The notes under the pieces were generated by a model. That model saw only the letters and a list, made by a program, of their open reading frames with translations. It ran no database searches and had not been told where the DNA came from. Below, one piece after another: positions 1-38,594 of a stretch of DNA of 64,000 nucleotides (positions are counted from its first letter, which is position 1; the number at the start of each line of letters is the position of its first letter). The stretch spans positions 28,086,001 through 28,150,000 of the forward strand of contig OZ024754.1 in NCBI GenBank assembly GCA_964016885.1. Reading direction: 5' to 3'. The translations under genes and the position numbers were made by a program. This DNA is from Eledone cirrhosa. Lineage: Eukaryota.

Positions 1-9
1 TGATGATAA

Positions 10-250
10 TGGCAAGGCTAACCTCAGGGAGTAATAGTTTTTGATTTAGCACAACACAAGCAGCTTGGAGGAGAGGAAAATCGATTAAATCGACCCCAGT
101 GTCTTACTGGTATCTTATTTTATTGATCCTGTAAGGATGAAAGGCAAAACTAACCCCAGTGGGATTTGAACTCAGAACGTAGAAAGTCATTACTAAATAC
201 AGCACAATATTTTGTCGGACGCTCTAACGATTCTGTTAAGCTATGCCCGC
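10..250 (-). mobile_element. tRNA-derived SINE (diverged copy)
   Basis: Reverse-complement match to the recurrent SINE core TTTGCCTTTCATCCTTAC...GTACCAGT and the B-box GAGTTCAAATCC. Confidence 0.75.
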
Positions 251-460
251 TAATAATAATTATGGTTTCTAATTTCTTTTTTGTGCGGGGAGAAAGTCAG
301 TTAAATCACCCAGTACCTAACTGGTACTTAATTTTATCGACCCTAAGAGGATGAAAGGCAAAGTTGACCTCGGTGGCATTTGTACAAAGAATATAAAGAA
401 GCCTTAATTAAACACCACAACGATTCTGACAAATCAGTCCCCTTTTAATCGCTTTAATTT

Positions 461-25432
<24,972 letters not shown>

Positions 25433-25881
25433 TTCGGTAGTTTGAGAAAGAAAGAAAGAGAGAGGAGGGAGAGAAAGAAAGGAAGAGAGAGAGAGAGTGT
25501 GTGTGTGTGTGGTGTCTGAGATGAAAAGACAGAGAAAAAGCAAACCTGTCTTGACAGATCTTTTCAACTTGGTTCTTTTCAAACTGTGTCCTCTAAATGA
25601 ATATCAAATGGAATAAACTTCTCGGCTCTGTAGTTGCATATAACTAGATGCATATTACCTGTGTCTTATCTGTGTTAAAGATAGGAGCCCCATATATTCC
25701 GACATTGTTATAAATATTATTCCCCTTCACGCCATCTGATAATAGGGCTTTATATATTGGCTAGAAGATAAAAGAATTACTCAAACATCGTTTTTCTTTA
25801 TCACCTGTTTGGTTGTTCTTGTTTGGGTGATGGGGGTTGTTATGAATTTTGTACATGTATATATGTATGTATGTATATATG

Positions 25882-25973
<92 letters not shown>

Positions 25974-26564
25974 TGTATATGAATATATACATATATATAT
26001 GTGTGTGTGTGTCTGTGTGTGTGTGTAAAGAGACGAAAACATGCACTATACAGTTCATAGTGGCTTGAATTGGACCAAAAGACCGCTAGAAATAGCAGCC
26101 CATAATCATTCAACTTAAGAAGCTCAACTTACATAAAGAATTAGGAGCCAAAATATCAAATTAAAAAACGGAGTTAAAAACTCAAGCCCGATATCTATAA
26201 CTTGAACTCATTAAATTGCAGGGGATTAATGCGAGTTTTTAACTCCGTTTTTTTTTTTTTTGATTTGATATACAGGATGATTGAAAAATAACTCACCATG
26301 CTGCAAGATGAAATCTGGCCAGTTATTAGTACTTGGGAGATTTGATTTTGCTATTGTTGTTCGTGAATGACTGAATGCCCACTTCCCTGGGTCATAGATG
26401 GGTCGTCGTGGTCCGCATGAGTGGCCAGCTATAAGCCCTGAATGAACACCCAGCAGCATTTTTCTTTGGGATGGTTAAAGGAGCAAGTCTACTCTACCAA
26501 ACCAAGCTGGTGGCGAACGCTGGTGGCGAACGCTGGTGCCCATATTGAATTTTAAATAAAACTC

Positions 26565-26679
26565 TTTTCGAGATAATATCTCTTCTTCGGAGGGAAGTAA
26601 AGCGGTTAAACCAGTGTTCATTTAGAACACTGGTTTAACCCCTTTACTTCCCTCCGAAGAAGAGGTATTATCTCGAAAA
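26565..26679. repeat. Near-perfect hairpin palindrome of about 115 bp
   Basis: TTTTCGAGATAATATCTCTTCTTCGGAGGGAAGTAAAG...CTTTACTTCCCTCCGAAGAAGAGGTATTATCTCGAAAA. Confidence 0.9.
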
Positions 26680-26840
26680 TTAAGGACATTTAAATAAATT
26701 TAAGGTAAAAGACTAATTGTCAACAATATCTTTTGCATTTGCATTTTTATTCTATGTCCATACCTGCATTGTTTTGGCTTTACAAATACAAACACGTTTA
26801 TACCTCATTACACAATGCTTCAAGTGAACTATAACTTCCT

Positions 26841-26970
<130 letters not shown>

Positions 26971-27171
26971 TTCATACAAACACACACAGAGTTTCACCCA
27001 CGAACAGACACAGACACTTTTCAAATGGAATAGCTGTACGTATGAGAGGAGTTTTTAGAATAAAAACATTTTTTTTTTCAATATTGTAAACAAATAAGAA
27101 TCAATATCCAAAAGAAATATATATTCATTATTATTTTTGTATGTACTGTAAATTAACCAAATATAAGCAAA

Positions 27172-28322
27172 CTAACCGAATGACCTGGCGTTGTCCGAGT
27201 TACTGCTGTTCTTATTCAGATTAGTAAACAATAAATATGAAGATATGTATTTTTCCTCATAATTATTTCAAAATATCTATATTTTATTTTTAAAATATCA
27301 CAATTGTAATGATAATAGAATTTAGAAATGAAAATCTGTCAATCTTACCTCAGGGTAAACAATATTCATTGTGTAATTTTTGGGGTTATGTCCAGATGAA
27401 TAAATTGTTGTTGCTTCCAACTCGTGAGCAACCAACATAGAGTTGATTCTGAGAGAAATATGTAGTAGAGAGATCAAGTCCTTGAGGGATTGACCTTGAG
27501 GGATTGACCCTGAGATTTGTTTATTGAAATAACAAAACTTAGTTTGACTGAAAACTGAAGCCTCTTACATTCAAATGGAACATCTGTAGGTATGAGATGA
27601 ATTTTTAGAATAAAGACTTTTTTTTTCCAGATTGTAAACAAATAAGTATCAACATCCAAAGGAAATATATATCAATTATTATTTTTGTATGTAGTGTAAA
27701 TTAACAAAATATAAGCAAATTAACCAAATATAGGCAAATGTATTAACTGCTAATTTAGCGGTATGAGAATATAAATATAAACGAACAGGCACACATACAC
27801 TCACACAAACATACACTTATAAAAACACACAGAAATAAATTCATACAAACACACCCAGTTTCACCCCCAGGTTTCGTTATGCCAGTCGTCACAGAAATGT
27901 ATGTATACTCACACACGTACACTCTCACACACACTCACACATATATGCTTGCCAGTCATCACATGTGTTGATGTGTGTGTGTTTAATTCTCTGTGTATCG
28001 TGAAGATGTATGTGTATGTAACTTACTAAGGCCTGAAGTACTTAACGAACGCGTAAACACACACATACACATTCATATACAAAATGTGACGTCGCTGTCG
28101 TCATAGTATTATAAAATGTCCATTTATTATAGTTGACTATAGAAGAATATTTTAGATAAAATGTTATATTGTTTTAATCCAAATGAAAATAAAAATGACA
28201 TGTTGTTAATCCCGCGGTCTAATACTATTACCTTGTAAAATTTGATTTGATTTGGTCGAGCCATTTGAGAATGCATAAGGAAAAGACAGACAGACAGAGA
28301 GAAAAATAATTTTATATAGAGA
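27172..28322 (-). mobile_element. Helitron remnant with PIF1-type helicase C-terminus
   Basis: KRLQFSVKLSFVISINKSQGQSL and QLYVGCSRV; TC 5' end with (TCTG)n; degenerate 3' hairpin and TTAG end. Confidence 0.75.
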
Positions 28323-28948
28323 TAATTTTTCAATTTGGTTTTGTACATCTAATAAGTTCTTTGTTAACTTCGGTGGGGAGGTTTTTTTTTAAGATTCCTG
28401 GTTAACGTTCCTGGAGAACTTTCTCGCATTCGTGGGTGGTGATTGTCAAACTTATCTCAGGTTGTGTTGTGATGTGTGACAAGAGATTTGGGTGTGTCTG
28501 GGGTGGGGTGTTAATGAGTGTGTGTGAGTGAAGGAGTGTTGAAGATTTAAAGGAATTAAAGCATGAAAATAGTGAATGGTAAAAGTAAGATAATTGATTG
28601 AGAGTGGACTTGGGAAGTGTTGGGGTGTTTAAGGAGTGTTTTAGAAAGGGCTTGTGAATGTGCCCTCCTGCTGGTTCCATTTCAATTGACAATCTCCACC
28701 GACAAATACGAGAAAGTTAACCAGGAATCTTTCTAGAAATCTCCTCACCGAAGTTAACAAACAACTTAGATCAACAAAAGGAAATTGTAAAATTATAATA
28801 TTATAAAATGAAATTGTTTAGAACTACAAGTAAAGTCATTCTTTTCCTTTTCAAATATATATGTATATATATATGTATATATATATATATATAACGGCGA
28901 TGAATTAGTTTTGCGAGGTTTTCGATATGAAATCGTGTGTCGAAACAA

Positions 28949-31766
28949 ATATTGTTATACTTGGGGAGGGTCATATTTGTGTAATAATGCCAGAATTAAT
29001 AACAGAACACACTCACTGTTTGGTTGGTTTTCGCTTTTCGCTTCTGTGTCTTTTATATCGGTAATCTAATTTATTCGGTCCTCAATGTTGCCATTGACTG
29101 ACCAACGGTCAAAAATAATACAGATACAATATAGACACAAACACAGTTTATCAAAGTTCTTTCGTTGCACATCTGCAACATCGTCAGTGGTGCTATTGTT
29201 TCCTCCCGTTGCATTGTATTTTCTACGCCATCTTTATTTAGTCTGTCTATATATTTATTTATTAGTTTATTTTATTTTGTCTTCTTTGTGCATGCGTTTG
29301 CGCATGTGTTTAGTGTTTTGTTTGATGTGTGTTCGTGATTGGGTGACTGTGTATTGGTTAATGTATTCTATCTTTACTATTGTGTGTTTATATGTGTTTG
29401 TTGTTATTGTGCTTGTGTATGTATTTATTTATTTATGTATCTATTTATTTATTTATACTTCTCTTAGGTCAGTGTTGTTTGTTTGGGTGTTGTTATTCCA
29501 TTCATTCTTTCTGTTTAGCCTTGGCCTTCTAAGTTCTATTTCACTGGCCTCTCTGATTTGCTTATCTACTGGGTCATTTCTATGTTTAGATATTATTCTA
29601 ATTTCTATGTTGTCTATGTTACCGTCGTGTTGTTGTCTGGCATGTTCGTATAGTACTGGATCGTTTTTTCGTCCTTTTAGTTCCCCCCAGTGTTGGTCAA
29701 TCCTCTCACCTATGCTACGAGCTGTCTCGCCTATGTATGTTGTTGTCATGTTTCTGCAAGTACCCTCTGTACATCTTATGCTATAGACTACGTTTCTAGT
29801 TTTACAGTTTACCCGGGGGTTTACCTTACATATGATACATTCCTATTAGTACAGTGGGTTTTCTTAAAAGGGTAGGCTTTGCTGATCAGGGATTTTATGG
29901 TGGTTCCTGGCTTTTCTACGACCTTAATCTTTAAGTGGGTCTTTCTCAGGGCCTTTCTACACTGGTTAGCTAATTTCCCTCCAGGGGTAGCGTCTACAAA
30001 CATGACCCTCTGGTATCTCTGGTTGTCGTACCATGAGGTGGCTTTCCCTATCTTATGTCTAGCCCTATCTAAGCTATTCCATGATTTGCTCCTGTATAAT
30101 GGGCAAATTCCTTTCCTGTCCAGTTCTATGAGGGTCTTATACTTCTCCATGGCTCCTTCGTATACCCTGACTCTGTCTCTTTGGTTGTAGCCAGAGAACT
30201 GCATGCGGTTGATGAAGTGTTGGATGTGTCTTTCCATTTCTGTTGGGTCGCACATGCGGGACACATTCTTCATCACTCGTACCAAATCTGCGATCAGAAT
30301 ATTAAACTTAGCACTACTGGACATTGCTGAGTTTTTGAGTATCAGGTATTTGGAGGCCATGGGTTTAGCATAGTGTGAGTGGAGAATTTGGGATCTCTCG
30401 TCTATACTGTTTATCAGAGTTCCGTGTCTAATACAGGTAGTCTATTGTTAGGGTCTTTGGAAGGGTAATCGATAGTTACAGTTATACTCTGGTGTATGGA
30501 ATTAGCTATCTGCTAGATGCTTTCCATTGTGCTACGTTCTAAATCAAACTTGTTAGTGCTCTCTAGTGGGGATGTTCTTATAACTATATTGATATCATCT
30601 ACGTAACGAGAGTACATGATGAGGTCTATGGAGCTCTCATTAAAGAGATCTTTAAGTCTTTAAGAGTATAACTGTAACTATCGACTACCCTTCCCAACCA
30701 GAGATACCAGAGTATCATGTTTGTGGACGCTACCCCTGGAGGTAAATTAGCTAACCAGTGTAGAAAGGCCCTGAGAAAGACCCACTTAAAGATTAAGGTC
30801 GTAGAAAAGCCAGGAACCACCATAAAATCCCTGATCAGCAAAACCTACCCTTTTAAGAAAACCCACTGTACTAATAGGAATGTATCATATGTAAGGTAAA
30901 CCCCCGGGTAAACTGTAAAACTAGAAACGTAGTCTATAGCATAAGATGTACAGAGGGTACTTGCAGAAACATGACAACAACATACATAGGCGAGACAGCT
31001 CGTAGCATAGGTGAGAGGATAGACTAACACTGGGGGGAACTAAAAGGACGAAAAAACGGTTCAGTACTATACGAACATGCCAGACAACAACACGACGGTA
31101 ACATAGAAATTAGAATAATATCTAAATATAGAAATGACCCAGCAGATAGGCAAATCAGAGAGGCCAGTGAAATAGAACTTAGAAGGCCAAGGCTAAACAG
31201 AAAGAATGAATGGAATAACAACAACACCCAAACAAACAACACTGACCTAAGAGAAGTATAAATAAATAAATAGATACATAAATAAATAAATACATACACA
31301 AGCACAATAACAACAAACACATATAAACACACACTAGTAAAGATAGAATACATTAACCAATACACAGTCACCCAATCACGAACACACATCAAACAAAACA
31401 CTAAACACACGCGCAAACGCATGCGCAAAGAAGACAAAATAAAATAAACTAATAAATATATAAACAGACTAAATAAAGATGGCGTAGAAAATACAATGCA
31501 ACGGGAGGAAACAATAGCATCACTGACGATGTTGCAGATGTTCAACGAAAGAACTTTGATAAACTATATATATGTGTTTGTGTCTATATTGTATCTGTAT
31601 TATTTTTGACCGTTGGTCAGTCAATGGCAACAATGAGGACCGAATAAATTAGATTACCGATATAAAAGACAGAAGCGAAAAGCGAAACCAACCAAACAGT
31701 GAGTGTGTTCTGTTATTAATTCTGGCAATATTACACAAATATGACCCTCCCCAAGTATAACAATAT
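28949..31766 (-). mobile_element. Penelope-like element (RT C-half plus GIY-YIG) with an inverted 3' duplicate of about 1.07 kb
   Basis: SRYVDDI at about 30600, HSHYAKPMAS, YIGETARSIGERIDQH, IREASEI..RPRLNRKNE; arms 28949-30025 and 30695-31766 are reverse complements. Confidence 0.9.
31519..31560 (+). ncRNA. Minimal hammerhead-like motif in the PLE 3' repeat (mirror copy 29150-29191, minus strand)
   Basis: ATCA-CTGACGA-T-GTTGCA-GATG-T(G/T)CAAC-GAAAG-AA-CTT-TGAT. Confidence 0.6.
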
Positions 31767-31783
31767 ATATATATATATATATG

Positions 31784-31867
<84 letters not shown>

Positions 31868-31869
<2 letters not shown>

Positions 31870-33498
31870 AAATAATAAAATTGAAGACTAAAATCCAAAG
31901 AGGGCTCGATAAGGAAAATATATATCATATATATAAGAACCGTAGAGCAAATATTTATTAAAATAACATTAAAGTTTAACCAAAGAATCGCTGCTTTCAC
32001 CCTTAACGGGATCTTCTGAAACTAACAAAGTCAATCTGTAAACGCAGAACTGGATATTTCAAAAAACGTTGCAACCGGAGGAAGACAGGAAGACGATACT
32101 TTGGTTCGTGGAAACGTTCGCTGGCAAAGAACGGGAAAAAACGAATAATACGTCATTAATAGGAGCGGTGAAAAACAATTACGCGCAAAGACAGAACCAC
32201 GTTTATGGTATAAAAGAGGTCGTAGACTAATGTTCTCTTAGGTGGTGCATAGAGACGTTCTCTGGCAATGAACGAAAAAACGAAGATAATAAGTCATATG
32301 TGGAGCGTGGAGAACAATAGCACGCAAAGACATCGTATAACGGAAATAAAAGACCATGTGATCTCTGCGCCGCTGAGGCCCTGGAAATACTCTACGCCAC
32401 AGACCACATCTTAAACAAAAAGTCTGAGGCAATTTCGGCTTGTAAACATAAATTGCACAAAACTTTCCTGTATTACATCCCCACGTTATACCCTAACGGA
32501 TAGCACGATCTATACGTGGATATTTTACGTCTTGATGTGGGAGCTAAGTATATGTTTTGTTTATTCCTTTACTTATTTGCATAGTTAAGTATATATTACC
32601 CGTATGTTTTGTGAAGGTATGTATACCTTCTCGTACGTATATTTGACTGTTATGGCGTATAATTTTTACATATTCTAGGTTTTAGGGTTTGGCTATGTGT
32701 ATACGGGAGTTTTGCGTCTGCGTGAATATGCAGGTTCGTACGTATGGTGGGCGTGTGTATATGTGTACTTCTTGTTTTAGTTGACTTACGTCTCCGAACA
32801 TTCGTGTATTTATTTGTAGGTATGTGTGTGCGATTGTTATATACGTATTTATTTACTTATATACGTTTATATAATTATTTATTTATTTGTACACAAGCAT
32901 ACACACACACACATATTTATATGTGCGTGGTTTTGTATACCTATGGTAAGGTTTTGCGTATGCTTGTGTATGTACGTATCTGTTTGCGTATATGTATTTA
33001 TTTGTTTCTATTACTTCTGTATTGTATTTATTTACTTTGTTCTTAACTCTGTAGCGGAGATTCATTTGGTCTCCTAGTTAGAATTTTAGTCTACAACTTC
33101 TGCTATACCATTTACGTGATTTTGTCTTTGCGTGCTATTGTTCTCCACGCTCCACATATGACTTATTATCTTCGTTTTTTCATTCATTGCCAGAGAACGT
33201 CTCTATGCATCACCTAAGAGAACATTAGTCTACGACCTCTTTTATACCATAAACGTGGTTCTGTCTTTGCGCGTAATTGTTTTTCACCGCTCCTATTAAT
33301 GACGTATTATTCGTTTTTTCTCGTTCTTTGCCAGCGAACGTTTCCACGAACCAAAGTATCGTCTTCCTGTCTTCCTCCGGTTGCAACGTTTTTTGAAATA
33401 TCCAGTTCTGCGTTTACAGATTGACTTTGTTAGTTTCAGAAGATCCCGTTAAGGGTGAAAGCAGCGATTCTTTGCTTAAACTTTAATCTGTTATTTTA

Positions 33499-33505
<7 letters not shown>
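31868..33505 (+). mobile_element. Second PLE family: 3' end with inverted pseudo-LTR
   Basis: EALEILYATDHILNKKSE (GIY-YIG C-terminus) at about 32375; arms about 31950-32335 and 33120-33505 are reverse complements; flanked by (TA)n; fragments also at 9290-9410, 23530-23650, 58700-58770. Confidence 0.75.
33432..33482 (+). ncRNA. Type I hammerhead-like motif, A4 variant
   Basis: AGTTT-CAGAAGA-T-CCC-GTTAA-GGG-T-GAAAGCA...TGCTT-AAACT with distal stem ACAGATT/AATCTGT; core conserved in three copies. Confidence 0.5.
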
Positions 33506-33570
<65 letters not shown>

Positions 33571-33803
33571 TAAAATATATGATAAACACGAAATATGTTT
33601 ACATTGCAACAGACAAAGTTAGCTATTAATGAAATAAACTAATTAAAGTGAATACAATTTGTCTGTTGCAATTTGTCTGTTGCAATGTAAACACATTTCG
33701 TGTTTATCATATATTTTAATGTATTTAACTGCTCGGAAGAGCCCCTTTTCCTGGAGCTTAATTATTGTAAACGACTGAGAGTTTATTCTCAAAATATAAT
33801 ATA

Positions 33804-33868
<65 letters not shown>

Positions 33869-33870
<2 letters not shown>

Positions 33871-34423
33871 AGTGTCTGTCCGTAGGGCATCAACATATGT
33901 TAACCTTGGTCTTCCTCTTCTAGTGTGTCCGTGTAGGGGCTCCCAAAGGAGCACTGAGTGCAATGTCAACTCTGGATGTCGGTGAGCATGTCCAGCCAAC
34001 CTCAGTCTTCTCTATGTCACTTTTGAGCTGACTTTTGGGATGCTCCCATACAGCTCTGAGTTCTTCATCCTCAGTGTATACTGATTAATGTTCAGAGCCA
34101 TCCTCAGCGTTCTCGTGTAGCACCCATCCACCATCTGAGTGAGTTTCTTGGTCAGTGTCCAAGTCTCAGACCCACACAGCAGCACAGACTCCACTACAGC
34201 AATGAAGAGGCGGATTTTCAGGTCTCTACGAAGGTCTGACTTCCACACCGATCTCAAGCTGTGGCACGCCGCCCAGGCCTTGCTCTTCCTCTCAACCACA
34301 TCATCCTCCGTATCCCCAATCTGTTGGTCTGTTGGAGATGCAGGATATGGCAGCGATAATGAGGGACAGAGACCGCTGGAGAGAACTCGTCCATGGATCT
34401 CGGGAATTTTACCCGCCTTAGAT
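33869..34423. mobile_element. RTE-clade LINE 3' end with inverted 5' portion, in (TA)n
   Basis: Minus part 33869-34327 (ESVLLCGSETWTLT...[16 protein letters not shown]); plus part 34329-34423 continues [19 protein letters not shown]. Confidence 0.82.
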
Positions 34424-34443
34424 AGATATATATATATATATAT

Positions 34444-34535
<92 letters not shown>

Positions 34536-34559
34536 TTCTTTCAGTATTGACCCAGGACA

Positions 34560-35370
34560 TCTTTTTCCTCGTCCACTTATTCTTGGGAGGGTCGTGGGGC
34601 AGAGACCTCAAGTACTGCTTCCAGAGAGTCCTGTCTGAAGCAACCGTCTCCAATTGCCCGGGTCTACCCCTAGGTCTCCTGTTGGTTGGTTATGCCCGTC
34701 AAATCTGCCCAGTGATTCTTTCCTTAAGTTCGGAGAAGTAGCTGCTCTACCTGCAGTGGTTCTCTGATCTCCGAGCTATGCACTCTATCGAGTAACGATT
34801 CTCCAAAGACCCTTCGGAGGAACCCCATTTCGGCCGCTTGTATTCACGATCATATTCTTTCGGTCATTACCCAATATTCTTGACCATAGGTAAGGGTTGG
34901 TATGAATTGAAGATAGCGAGTTTGGCTTTCACACTTCTTCTGATGACCGCATGCTGAAGTTGGTGCATAACTGCACCAGCCTCATAACTTCCATCACTCA
35001 CGAACACGGCCCCGAAACAGTTGAACTTCTCCGGCTACTTCAGTGGAAATCCATTCCCATGAAGAGTGTACTGCACAAGCATTCTTGATAAGGAGGAGTG
35101 TCTCAGTCTTTGCAACACTGATTATCATTCCAGCCATGCAGCGCTCGGCATCAAACCTATCAAGCGGATGTCGGAGATCATCTTCGGACAAGTTAAGTAA
35201 TACCATGTTGTCTGCAAATTCCAGCTAATTGATCCTACACAAACCAATAACGATGCCACTTCCAGCCCGGCTCCGCATGTCAATCCTGCCCATAAACATA
35301 ATGAACTGTAGAGGTGACAGTACGCAGCCTTGGCGAAGTCTGACAATCACATTGAATGGTTTCCACTTAG
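34560..35370 (-). mobile_element. RTE-clade LINE fragment (RT to 3' end)
   Basis: RQGCVLSPL, FADNMVL, AAEMGFLRRVFG remnants. Confidence 0.78.
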
Positions 35371-36499
35371 CACCCTTTATTCTAGCTCAAACACTATGGC
35401 GTACAAGAGATCTGGGTATCGAACTCATGACCTTACGATCTTAAGACCTGCACACTGAACACAAGTCGTTTACCGTGACTACAGACTGAAAATATGATTT
35501 TATGGACTGGCAGGTTTTTGACTGACCTCAAGTCTTCAGTTAAACAACAACAATAACAAAAATAACATCAACACACTCCCCCCCCCCCCCCAGTTTTATT
35601 CTACATCATGCACAGGCGAATACAATTAGGATAATTATTTAATTTTAAAACACGCGTTGAAGAAATTTATTACTGGTCATGAAAAGATCAGAATGTATCT
35701 TCTTAGTTGATTATATATTCATTCTTGATGCCATATGGGTATCTAATGAATAATGTTTTAATAAATTACGTTTTCTCACTCTCTAATGAAATCTTATTAA
35801 ATAAACGCCAATTAGTAGCTCAATCGGCTAGCAATAATATCCAGCTCTATCTCAAATCACAATGTGTACTGTGCTGTTATATGAAGTAGGTGTTCATGTA
35901 TACAGAAATACTGGTTGGTCACGGCTGGAATAGCATTAATCATAGGTTTTCTCGATGTGACTTGACTTAGCGCTAAATAACAATAACCATATCAGCAACG
36001 ATGACAATAGCAACATTGGCAACAGTAACGACAATAATAGCAGCAACAATAACAATTATCGATCAGTCTTACGTACGTGATAGTTGATATTTTAGTCAGT
36101 CAAGATCAATTCGTATTCCATTTTAAACATTTTCGTTTTTAATTGAGTAGTAAGATGAAGCTCCAGCAGCTATGACATTTGTAAGCCATTCGAAACTCAT
36201 GAGATAAACATATTTGATGTTTTAAGCTTGAATGTAGATCAACAAATGAGGACAGAGTCGTGGGAGTAAAACGAATTCCTGAGTTGTGACTGATTGGAAA
36301 GTAAAAGTTGTGTAAATTGTGCTATTGAATTTAAACTATCTTAAGGACTCCTTAGCAACAATATTCGGTCACTTTTATTTACGTAAATATTTCACAAAAC
36401 AAACAAGAAAAGAGAAAACAATTAATAATGAGAAAATGGGGAAGGGCAGTCTCTACACACTTGATTAAGCGATATATTTCAGCTGTGCCTAGCGGACAA

Positions 36500-38490
36500 G
36501 ATAATAAAAATACTATCGCAGTGAACAACCAACGTCAACCGTTAAGTCAGCCACTCCACCTCATGGGACTCCTTCCTCAGACGAGAAGCCCCTCTCTCGA
36601 TTTTACGGAGGAATAAGGCAGTCCAGATACCAAGGATACCAGAAGTCAATTATCCTTAATCCGCCTGTTTGTGTTGATTAGCATATCCCAGAGTACGGCT
36701 GCATTATCATTCTCTGACATCTTTTCTATCGGTCACGGTTCGTCAAAGACCGAGTTGTGTCCTTGTTGCTACGTTGCGCCTCTCTCTCATTCGGTTACAT
36801 CGAACAGCTTTCGTTCCCTACTTTCTCAGAGCTCAACCTTCGTGTTTCGCGTTGAAGAAATGGTCTAGAGCTATTTTCGCAGCTAGCATGTCGGTTGCAA
36901 TGCCACTTCTAGTTTAGGTACTAACTGCCACTCCGTTCTATTTTTCTCCATCGCTTCTTCTTTACTTAAAGCTATCGACTCTACTCTAATAGCTCTCTTG
37001 AGACGGCCCACCACCTGTTGTTCACGACTGCCTCTGTCATCCGGTGCTTAACTAATGTGCTAACCCGGTCACTGTAGACTTTACGCGCCGGGAACGACGC
37101 ATTAATATTCCAGTGACCGAGTCCCTGCCTACGAGTTCTATTTAGGTTCACCATGCAAATCACGAATTTTCTGTCTGAATAGGTGACCCTTTGAAATTAT
37201 GGACACCTTATGCTATTTCTATTTGTTGTTCTACTCAAAAAAACCTATTTAACTGCGAATTAGATGACCCTATGCGATTGGTCCAGGTCCACATTGGTGT
37301 ATTCCTGAAATCTAGTCGGTACCTGTCAAACAGCTGGAACTTCCCGGTCAGGTTCTTGAGGCTTTTGCAACCCCGTTTCTATCGGATACTCCTACAAAAT
37401 CCCAGCGTGTGTTCAAGATGTCTTTCTAATCCCTTGCTAGCAGTATAGGGTGAGACTTTCCTAGAAAGGCTTCTAGACGCCTAAAGAAACCTAGTCGGAG
37501 TGTTGACGGCCACCAACCAAAAAGCACCACCTTCCCTTTTGCTCACACTCTGGACCACCAACTTACCGTTCGAGTCCAGGAAGAACGTCCGTACCTCGAC
37601 CTCGACATCCATTGCCTTTCCTAAAAGCACTCCAACCCCGCCTCCCATTTCAGGCCGACTAAGAGATGCGTAGATATCAAAGTCATCAAAAAGGGGAGCT
37701 AGTGTCGGAAATCCTGGTTTCGCTGATGTCTGTCACATCCATCGCTAGTGACCTGAAGAGATTGAGCAAGTGGCCTTGCTTACAGGATGACCTTAGGCCA
37801 TGTTCATTTATACATCCTACTCTTAGAATTACCATGTCGGCCGAAGTCTTGTCCAATTTGCCAAGTTTTACCACATGTGTTAAACACGTGTCCTTGTTCA
37901 AAATGTCCACATTGAACATTTGGTTGACTTTAGCAGCCGTTCCAGCAAAGTTTTGTTCATGTTATTCTTGTCCTTTGTGTTGTTTTCTGTTTCTGTCGTT
38001 TTTGTCCGTTATATTTTTTTGTAGTTGTCGTTGTTGATGATGATGTTGTTGTTGATGATGATGTTGTTGTTGTTGTGGGGGTGGGGGTAGCGGTGGGGAG
38101 TGGGGTGACGGTTGCGGCAGAGGCGGCAGCGTGCACGGTGGTAGATTTTGTCAGTGGTTTGAAAATCACTTTTATTCCCAGTTGCTTCACGTGGTTTTGG
38201 TTGCTGTTGTTGTTAGTACTGTTACTGGTGCTACCGGCGCTGATGTTGTTGATGATGCGGTTGCTGCTGTCGGTGCTATTATTGTTTTGTAAATGTTGGC
38301 CGTTCCATTCGATGGACAGCCGGCTATCCTGTCTAGCGGACGCAATATTTTTGCAATATTTTTGCCCGTCATCATGATTTCAACAAAGGATTGAGAGTCG
38401 TGTTTGATAAACTTACACATTTTTAGTCCCTAAGGGCTACAGGTAGAGATGAACTAATCAGCTCATGCAGATACTGGTTATTTTAACTAC
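36500..38490 (-). mobile_element. Tx1/L1-like LINE, 5' portion, degenerate
   Basis: LRVGCINEHGL..QGHLL..DISETR, GLGHWNINASF; 5' end similar to 21470-21535. Confidence 0.7.
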
Positions 38491-38594
38491 AACAAAGTTC
38501 AATAAGATAGTGTAAAAATGCAACAAACTTACGGAGCGATTTAAGATGTTGTGTCAAGATACGAAGCAAATAATAATAATGGTAATTATAATTT

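Noticed and set aside
29085-29786. 233-aa hydrophobic ORF resembling a membrane protein (mirror at 31024-31545)
   Set aside because: Antisense frame of the T-rich Penelope 3' region.
33735-33790. CGGAAGA...AAACGACTGA possible hammerhead beside the 33565-33725 inverted repeat
   Set aside because: Core too degenerate to support.
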